Of a DNA stretch of 64,000 bases, positions 39,513 to 46,079 are shown in pieces. The first letter of the stretch is position 1, and each line of letters starts with the position of its first letter. Origin of the DNA: Chloroflexota bacterium (GTDB taxonomy: Bacteria; Chloroflexota; Dehalococcoidia; DSTF01; RBG-16-68-14). The notes under the pieces were generated by a model, which saw nothing but the letters and a program-made list of their open reading frames with translations, was not told the DNA's origin and did not search any database. Position numbers and translations under genes: made by a program. The stretch spans positions 129,166-193,165 of the forward strand of contig JAJCYW010000010.1 in assembly GCA_029262675.1 (NCBI GenBank), written 5' to 3'.

Positions 39513-40025
39513 GTGATCATTCGCCCCGAGACGCCCGACGACATCGACGAGATCGACGCCGTCGTTGAGGCCGCCTTCGGCCAGCCTGACGAGGCCAAGC
39601 TGGTGCGGCTGCTGCGCGCGTCCGACGTCTTCGTGCCGGAGCTCAGCCTGGTGGCGGAGGAAGAGGGCGCGGTCGTTGGTCACGTCATGATCAGCTACGC
39701 CATGCTGGTGTCGGAAGAAGACGAGCGCCGCGTGCTGTCGCTGGCGCCGCTGGCCGTGCGGCCGGACCGCCAGCGGGACGGCATCGGCGGTGCGCTTACG
39801 CTGGCCGCGCTCTCAATCGCTGACGAACGTGGCGAGCCCCTAGTCATCGTGCTCGGCCACCCGGCGTACTATCCGCGCTTTGGTTTCGAGCGCGCCAGCC
39901 TCCACGGCATCTCGCCGCCGTCGCAAGCCTTGTTGGAGGAGGCCTTCATGGTGAAGCGGCTCTCTGCGTATGACCCATCGTACACCGGCCGCTTCGTCTA
40001 CCCGCCCGCGTTCGACGAGACCTAG
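39513..40025 (+). CDS. GNAT acetyltransferase (YhbS-like)
   Basis: LSLVA, LAPLAV, VLGHPAYYPRFGF. Confidence 0.88.
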   Translation: MIIRPETPDDIDEIDAVVEAAFGQPDEAKLVRLLRASDVFVPELSLVAEEEGAVVGHVMISYAMLVSEEDERRVLSLAPLAVRPDRQRDGIGGALTLAALSIADERGEPLVIVLGHPAYYPRFGFERASLHGISPPSQALLEEAFMVKRLSAYDPSYTGRFVYPPAFDET

Positions 40026-40033
40026 CAGCGCGA

Positions 40034-40384
40034 CTACTGCACCCGCACGACTTCTTTCGCGTCGCTCCAGAGCTCTTCCAGGTTGTAGCGCGCTCGCAGC
40101 TCCGGCGAGAAGACGTGGACGATAATCGAGCCGTAATCGAGCAGTACCCATCCCGAGTCGGCCTCACCCTCCTGGTGGCGAGGCTTCACGCCTTCCTCGC
40201 GCAGCTCCTTGGTCAGGGTGGTGACGATCGCCCGCATCTGACGCGGGTTGGACGCGCTGGCGATCACGAAGAAGTCGGCGAAAGAGGCGACCTCGCTGAT
40301 GTCCAGCAAAGCGATCTCCTCCGCCTGCCTGTCGGTGAGTAGGTCGACGATTCGGCGCGCGGTGTCTGGCGTTTCCGTTGCTAC
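40034..40384 (-). CDS. rsfS: Ribosome silencing factor (start codon uncertain)
   Basis: IALLDI, FADFFVIAS, WVLLDYGSIIVHVF, RARYNLEELW. Confidence 0.93.
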   Translation of the reverse strand, partial: VATETPDTARRIVDLLTDRQAEEIALLDISEVASFADFFVIASASNPRQMRAIVTTLTKELREEGVKPRHQEGEADSGWVLLDYGSIIVHVFSPELRARYNLEELWSDAKEVVRVQ

Positions 40385-40537
40385 TGACTCCCGTCTCGAT
40401 CCACGTCTGTCCGGCGTGCCCGCCAGTATATCATTCCTCGTTCCCCGAGACGGCAAAGCCCGTCTCGGGGCGTGTTTGCCGAGGACGGTGCAGAAATGCG
40501 AAGGCCCGCTCTGGCCGTTGCGTTACACTGAGTCGTT

Positions 40538-41611
40538 ATGGCAAAACCACGCGTGGTTGTCGCAATGAGCGGCGGCGTCGAGTCCGCCGTTACTGCGGGT
40601 CTGCTCGTCCAGCAGGGCTATGACGTCGTCGGCCTGACGATGCGACTGTGGGCGCAGGAAGACCCGAACGCTCCGCGACTGCACCGGCGCTGCTGCCCGG
40701 CGGAAGACATGGACGATGCCCGTGCGGCGGCCGATCTGTTGGGCTTTCCGCACTACGTCTTGAACATGGAAGAGGCGTTCAGCACCCACGTCGTCGATTA
40801 CTTCGTGAGCGAGTACGGTCGCGGCCGCACGCCGAACCCCTGTTTGCCCTGCAACGAGCACGTCAAGTTCCGCGCCCTGATGGCGCACGCAGAGGCGCTG
40901 GACGCGGCCTACCTGGCAACTGGCCACTACGCCCGTATCGAAGGCGAAAACGGCGCGTATCGCCTTCTCAGCGCTGCTGATGGCGAAAAGGACCAGTCGT
41001 ACGTTCTGTACATGCTGGGACAGCGCGAGTTAGGCCGGTTGCTGTTCCCTCTGGGCGGCCTGCGCAAGGAGCGGGTACGGGAATTGGCCGTAGACATGGG
41101 CCTGCCGCTGGCCGAAAAGCCGGACAGCGTGGACATCTGCTTCCTGCCCACGGAGGACTACCGCGACTTTATCGCGGAGCGGGTGCCGCAGAGCCCGGGC
41201 CAAGTGATTGACGGCACCGGCAACGTCGTCGGCCGTCACGCGGGCGTCGCCGGCTTCACGATCGGCCAGCGCCGAGGGCTCGGTGTCGCCGTAGGAGAGA
41301 AGCGTTTCGTGACCGCCATCGACCCGCAGCTCAACGTCATTACGATCGGCGACGAGGACGACCTTCTCGCCGACACGCTTGTCGTGGAAGACGTGCGATG
41401 GGTGGCCGGAACGCCGCCTGCGGAGCCCTTCGCGGCGGACGTTCGCATCCGCTACCGCAGCGCGACCGGCCGCGCCCACGTGCAGGTAACTGAAGACGGG
41501 GCGCGCGTGCGATTCGAGCGGCCGCAGCGGGCGATCGCGGCCGGCCAGGCGGCCGTCTTCTATCGCGGCGACGACGTGCTGGGCGGAGGCATCATCGCCG
41601 CGGCTGGGTGA
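40538..41611 (+). CDS. mnmA: tRNA 2-thiouridylase
   Basis: VAMSGGVES, TPNPCLPCN, ATGHYA, KDQSY, DICF, FTIGQRRGL, GQAAVFY. Confidence 0.93.
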   Translation: MAKPRVVVAMSGGVESAVTAGLLVQQGYDVVGLTMRLWAQEDPNAPRLHRRCCPAEDMDDARAAADLLGFPHYVLNMEEAFSTHVVDYFVSEYGRGRTPNPCLPCNEHVKFRALMAHAEALDAAYLATGHYARIEGENGAYRLLSAADGEKDQSYVLYMLGQRELGRLLFPLGGLRKERVRELAVDMGLPLAEKPDSVDICFLPTEDYRDFIAERVPQSPGQVIDGTGNVVGRHAGVAGFTIGQRRGLGVAVGEKRFVTAIDPQLNVITIGDEDDLLADTLVVEDVRWVAGTPPAEPFAADVRIRYRSATGRAHVQVTEDGARVRFERPQRAIAAGQAAVFYRGDDVLGGGIIAAAG

Positions 41612-41763
41612 CAGTCGCGCTGCGATTATTAGACAGGTGCACCCCGACCGCTTGACAGTTGATTGTCGAAGTGACTATGGTGCGCGGGCCGGCCGCGACA
41701 CGGTCTGTTTACGCACAGCAAGCCGCGCGGAGCCATGTTCATAGCATTACGAATGGAGTCGAG

Positions 41764-42501
41764 ATGGTCGAACAGGCAGTCGTACTAGCAGCAGGGGAGG
41801 GACGCCGCCTGCGTGCGCTGGCCAACGGCAGGCCCAAATGCCTCGTTCCGGTCGCCGGCCGGGCCCTTATCGACCGCGTGCTGCAATCGATCGCGGACGC
41901 GGGCATCCGGCAGGTGCTCGTCGTAGTCGGCTACCGCGGCGGGGAGATCGAACGCCACGTCGGTAGCGGCGTGGCGCATGGCCTGGACGTTCGTTACGCC
42001 GCCAATCCTGACTACGAACGCGGCAACGCCAGCTCGTTCCGCTGCGCCCTCCGCGCTGTCAGCGCCCGTCCGTTTCTGTTGACGATGGCCGACCACATTT
42101 GCGACCCGTCGCTCCTGCGGGCGTTCCTCGCGGGCTGCGACGAGCAGATCGCCGTCGCCGTCGACCGCTCTCGGATGGATGCAACGCGAGAAGAGGAAGC
42201 GACAAAGGTCTCGCTGCGGGACGGCCGCATTTTCGATATCGGCAAGGGGCTGCTGCGCTGGGACGGCGTCGACACCGGGTTCTCGTACTGGCCGTCGCAA
42301 GCGAGTGAACTCGTTGACGATTCGATGTGCGGCGGCGAGCTGGCGGCGCTGATGGCAGAGCTGGCGCAACGAGACCCGGGCGTGGCCGCGCGGGACGTCA
42401 GCGGGCATCTCTGGTTCGACGTCGATACTGTGGCTGACGTGGCGTCCGCGGAGCGGCTGCTGCAGGCCGCGGCAGGCGAATTCGCATTGTCGTTAGATTA
42501 G
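41764..42501 (+). CDS. NTP-transferase (phosphocholine/inositol-phosphate cytidylyltransferase-like)
   Basis: AVVLAAGEGRRL, PKCL, MADH, VDTG, WFDVDT. Confidence 0.8.
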   Translation: MVEQAVVLAAGEGRRLRALANGRPKCLVPVAGRALIDRVLQSIADAGIRQVLVVVGYRGGEIERHVGSGVAHGLDVRYAANPDYERGNASSFRCALRAVSARPFLLTMADHICDPSLLRAFLAGCDEQIAVAVDRSRMDATREEEATKVSLRDGRIFDIGKGLLRWDGVDTGFSYWPSQASELVDDSMCGGELAALMAELAQRDPGVAARDVSGHLWFDVDTVADVASAERLLQAAAGEFALSLD

Positions 42502-42661
42502 GGCGCTGGGTTAGGAGTCAGGACGGCCGATTGCCGAAACGTAGGTTGATGAGGTGGCCGCGACTGCGGGATGGGGCGTTCCGTGCGCGCACCTGCCGTG
42601 CGGGCATGTCCCATGATTTGGCGTCTCGTGGTATGATGCGCGGTACGGAGAGGTGGTGTCT

Positions 42662-42985
42662 ATGAGCCTTGACAATACGCGCGATGTCGTTATTATCGTT
42701 GCCGGTTCGCTGACTGTAGCGGTTCTTCTTGCGGCGCTGATTTTCACGGTGGTGCTGGGGCTAGCCTCCAGGGCTCTGCTGAACACAGTCCGTTCGCTGT
42801 TGAAGGACGACGTTTCGCCGCTGCTGGAATCCGTCCGCCAGACGGTCCACACGGTGCGCGGCACAACCGCGTTCGTCGGCGAGACGGCTATCAGCCCCAT
42901 CGTCCGCGTCTACGGCGCCGTCGCCGGCGCGCGGAGAGCGGTGGGCGTGATCACCGGCATCGTCGGCAGGCGCGACGACGACTAG
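42662..42985 (+). CDS. Small membrane protein
   Basis: TGGTATGAT promoter-like element and RBS gaggtgg; one TM then amphipathic region (VRGTTAFVGE). Confidence 0.7.
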   Translation: MSLDNTRDVVIIVAGSLTVAVLLAALIFTVVLGLASRALLNTVRSLLKDDVSPLLESVRQTVHTVRGTTAFVGETAISPIVRVYGAVAGARRAVGVITGIVGRRDDD

Positions 42986-42987
42986 GT

Positions 42988-43050
42988 GTAGGTGCAGACC
43001 TTTGGTCTGCACCTACTGTCGAGATCGCGGATCTGCCATCCGCGATCTCG
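42988..43050. repeat. GTAG-type REP-like palindrome plus second hairpin
   Basis: gtaggtgcagacc-ttt-ggtctgcacctac (42988-43016); cgagatcgcggat-ctgcc-atccgcgatctcg (43020-43050). Confidence 0.55.
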
Positions 43051-43098
43051 CGGGTTTCCCGACAACACCAAGCACTGATTTGAGGAAAGGAGCCTGAC

Positions 43099-43527
43099 AT
43101 GGCGGATGACGAAGTAGTCGAAGATGAATTCGACGACGTTATTGAGGAGGACGGCGACCCGTTCGCGCCGGAAGAATCGGAGAGCGGTGGCCACGGCCCC
43201 GGCTTTATCCGAGGCGTGATCATCGGCCTGATCGCCGGCGCCGGCATGGGCGCGCTGTTGGGCGGCGACGCCGGGAAGCAGCTCCGCGACCGTATCGGCG
43301 AACAAACGACGCCTGTGCGCGGCTACGGCGAAGGCGGGGCGCCGGACGCTGCCGACACTGTGGCAGACGAAGCGCCAGTCGACGGCCTACGGGCGCTGGT
43401 GGCCAGCCTGCGCGAGCGAATCAGGGAGGCGAGGCGGCAGGCTTCGATTGCTTCGCGAGAGGCGGAAGAGCTGACGCACGCGCGCTACGCGGAGCTGACG
43501 CGCCTGAGCGGCCAGAGCGACCCCTAA
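43099..43527 (+). CDS. YtxH-like membrane protein
   Basis: RBS aaaggag; GFIRGVIIGLIAGAGMGALL, GKQLRD, coiled C-terminus. Confidence 0.6.
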   Translation: MADDEVVEDEFDDVIEEDGDPFAPEESESGGHGPGFIRGVIIGLIAGAGMGALLGGDAGKQLRDRIGEQTTPVRGYGEGGAPDAADTVADEAPVDGLRALVASLRERIREARRQASIASREAEELTHARYAELTRLSGQSDP

Positions 43528-43549
43528 CGTACCTTGTGTCTGACCTGAG

Positions 43550-43637
43550 TGGCGGAGAGGGTGGGATTCGAACCCACGAGGGCTTGCACCCTACACGCTT
43601 TCCAGGCGTGCCTGTTCGGCCGCTCCAGCACCTCTCC
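43550..43637 (-). tRNA. tRNA-Ser(GGA)
   Basis: ggagagg acceptor, cacgc-ctGGAaa-gcgtg, long variable arm, gttcgaatc, CCA. Confidence 0.95.
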
Positions 43638-43815
43638 GCGCTAGTGCCGCACTGTGTGCGGCTGGATGATCGCTCCAGTCGTTGTTCTTGCGATGGGAGC
43701 GGCCCCGCTCCAGAACCTCTCGGCAGGGGACGTATGGCCGCTCCGAGCCCGCACTAGAGCGGCTCTGCGTGAAACGCGTCCGGCGCGTTCCGGACGCCGA
43801 ACGCTCTGTAGCTCG

Positions 43816-43903
43816 TGGCGGAGAGGGTGGGATTCGAACCCACGAGGGCTTGCACCCTACTGCTTTTCGAGAGCAGCACCTTCAACCACTCGGACACCTC
43901 TCC
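43816..43903 (-). tRNA. tRNA-Ser(CGA)
   Basis: ggagagg acceptor, ctgct-ctCGAaa-agcag, long variable arm, CCA; TGTTATACT upstream. Confidence 0.95.
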
Positions 43904-43989
43904 GAAGGACAATCAGCAGAGCGCCCCACTGGACGCTCCTGAGTATAACAGCGCGCGGATGCTTGGGCTACGTTGCGGTGGTGGCGCCG

Positions 43990-44688
43990 CTACGGCGCGG
44001 CGTGGGCGCCGACGTTGCCGTCCGCGTCGTCGTACAGGCGCTCCGCCCGGACGACGACCCGATCGTCGTACTGGCCGACGCTGGGGTCAAACGACCCGCC
44101 GCAGGTGATTAGCGTGATGATCTCGTTTGGTGTTCTGCCGACGATCTCCTGGATCGGCGCGTCGCTCGCCTTGTACTGGTCTCTGCGGAAAACGCCGTAC
44201 TCGTACACCGTTCCGTCCTGTAGCCGGACCTCTATGACGTCTCCCGGCTCCAGGTCCTTCAGGTTCCAGAATACGGCCGCGCCGTAGTTGTAGTAGTCCA
44301 CGTGGCCTGAAAACACGGCGTTGCTGCCGAACCCGGGCCGGGAGCTGAAGTCGTACCAGGCGACGTTGAGCGGGCCATCCGGCGTCTCCATGACGCCGTT
44401 GTCATCGACGCTCAGCACGACGATCGGCGCGTCGACGCCGAAGCGCGGAATCGCCAGTCCGGCTATCTGCGCCTCGCTCGGCGGCGGGGCCTCCGCCGTC
44501 GGAGTCGGCTGCGGCGTCAGTATGCGGTCAAGGCTCGTGTCAAAAGTGGTTGCCGTTTCCGGGCCAGCGTAGCCTTCATCTCCGGTCAGTTGGAAGACGA
44601 AGAGAACGGCCGCCGCTATCAACGACAGCACGCCCGCACCCATGACGATCAGGGAGAGCCGGTTCCAGTTTGCGCTATCTATCTTCAT
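43990..44688 (-). CDS. Class F sortase
   Basis: N-terminal TM, PT linker, VAWY, NAVFSGHVD, VFWNL, ITLITCGG, RVVVRA (His-Cys-Arg triad). Confidence 0.92.
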   Translation of the reverse strand: MKIDSANWNRLSLIVMGAGVLSLIAAAVLFVFQLTGDEGYAGPETATTFDTSLDRILTPQPTPTAEAPPPSEAQIAGLAIPRFGVDAPIVVLSVDDNGVMETPDGPLNVAWYDFSSRPGFGSNAVFSGHVDYYNYGAAVFWNLKDLEPGDVIEVRLQDGTVYEYGVFRRDQYKASDAPIQEIVGRTPNEIITLITCGGSFDPSVGQYDDRVVVRAERLYDDADGNVGAHAAP

Positions 44689-44861
44689 ATTGATCTACTA
44701 TTCTCCTACGTCCAGTATGTACTATATCGGCCATGAACGCACCGTACTCTAGATCACGCAATATTCGCTACGCTGTTCGGTGCTGCCACGCCATTCCACT
44801 TCGAATGTGCATATGCGTCTATACTGAGTTATCTTAGCAGCGGCCAAATGGGCGAGCAAGA

Positions 44862-45989
44862 GTGAAAACTATGCCACGTAACCGTCCCCAATCTGTCTGG
44901 CTGCCCCGGTTGATGGCCGCTGGTGCGCTGTTGGCGACTCTCAGCCTAGTCGCCGCCGTCGCCTGTGGCGATAGCGGTAATGGCGACGACGATAGCTTTA
45001 CTGCGATTCGCGAGCAGGCGCCGCCGGATTCGATCGCGTTCGGCGCGCAGGAGGGCGAGGGCGTCCCGCCGAACGGCGGGACGTACGGCCTCTACCTCGT
45101 GCGGCCGGACGGCACGTTCTTGCGTTCGATCCAGATCGAGACCGCGCCAGTCTCGTCGCCCGTCTGGGCACCCACCGGCGACCGCATCGCCTACAACTTC
45201 GGCGCGGACGCGGCGCGGCTCACCGCCACGCTTCGTATCTACGACTTCGCTTCGCAGGCCGCGACGACGGTCAGCGACAGCGCCCTCACCAGCGACGTCG
45301 GCCCGGCGATGAGCTGGTCCGCGGACGGCGGCCGCCTCGCGTTCGCCGAGGAAGGCGGCCGGATCCGCATCTACGATGCCGACCGCGCAGTGCTGGAAGA
45401 CGCCGGCGGCGCCACCGGTCTGACCCCCGCCTGGCGGCCCGGCGCAGACGAACTGGCGATCGCGCGCGTCAGCGGCAATGACTCCGGCAGCAGCCTGAGC
45501 GTCCTGGCCGCCGATGGCGACGACGAGCGAGAACTGTTGGAGCGCGAGGCCGCCGACGCCGCGCCCGTCTGGTCACCGGACGGCGAGTCGCTAGCGTTCC
45601 AGACGCTTCGTCCGGACGTGCCCGGTAGGTTTGTGCTCTCCGTGCTCCAGATCGATAACGGCTCGCTTACGGAGGTCGGCCCGGGGTCGGGCGCGGCGTG
45701 GTCACCGGACGGTGCATTCCTCACTTACTACACGCTCGTGTCGGACGCCTCACCGGACATCGATATCTTCGTCGCCCCCGCCGGCGGCGGCCCGCCGCGA
45801 GCGTTTGCCGGCCCCGCCACGCTGGACGTCGCGCCGAGCTGGTCGCCGGACGGCGGGCGTATCGTCTACCTGGCGCGGGCCGACCGCACGACGGCCTTCA
45901 TCTGCTTGGTGGCGCTCGAGGGCGAGGACCGCGATTGCTTGGACCTGCCCGGCCTGCTGCCGTCTCAGCCTGCCTGGTCGCCGCACTAG
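44862..45989 (+). CDS. TolB-like beta-propeller (PD40 repeat) lipoprotein
   Basis: Lipobox AAVAC; repeated WSPDG-type motifs. Confidence 0.85.
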   Translation: MKTMPRNRPQSVWLPRLMAAGALLATLSLVAAVACGDSGNGDDDSFTAIREQAPPDSIAFGAQEGEGVPPNGGTYGLYLVRPDGTFLRSIQIETAPVSSPVWAPTGDRIAYNFGADAARLTATLRIYDFASQAATTVSDSALTSDVGPAMSWSADGGRLAFAEEGGRIRIYDADRAVLEDAGGATGLTPAWRPGADELAIARVSGNDSGSSLSVLAADGDDERELLEREAADAAPVWSPDGESLAFQTLRPDVPGRFVLSVLQIDNGSLTEVGPGSGAAWSPDGAFLTYYTLVSDASPDIDIFVAPAGGGPPRAFAGPATLDVAPSWSPDGGRIVYLARADRTTAFICLVALEGEDRDCLDLPGLLPSQPAWSPH

Positions 45990-46022
45990 GGGTTGTTTCT
46001 AGCTGGTCGCCGCGCACGAGAG

Positions 46023-46051
46023 AAGAGGCGCCGGGTTTTCCGGCGCCTCTT
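46023..46051. terminator. Hairpin between convergent genes
   Basis: aagaggcgccgg-gtttt-ccggcgcctctt. Confidence 0.6.
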
Positions 46052-46079
46052 GACGTTGCGTATGCGTGCCTGGCCGCGG

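Noticed and set aside
43638..43815. SRP RNA or a third tRNA in the spacer
   Set aside because: No SRP domain IV motif or tRNA T-loop recognisable.
43550..43860. attL/attR of an element integrated at tRNA-Ser
   Set aside because: Both copies belong to complete tRNAs with different anticodons, 178 bp apart, with no integrase.
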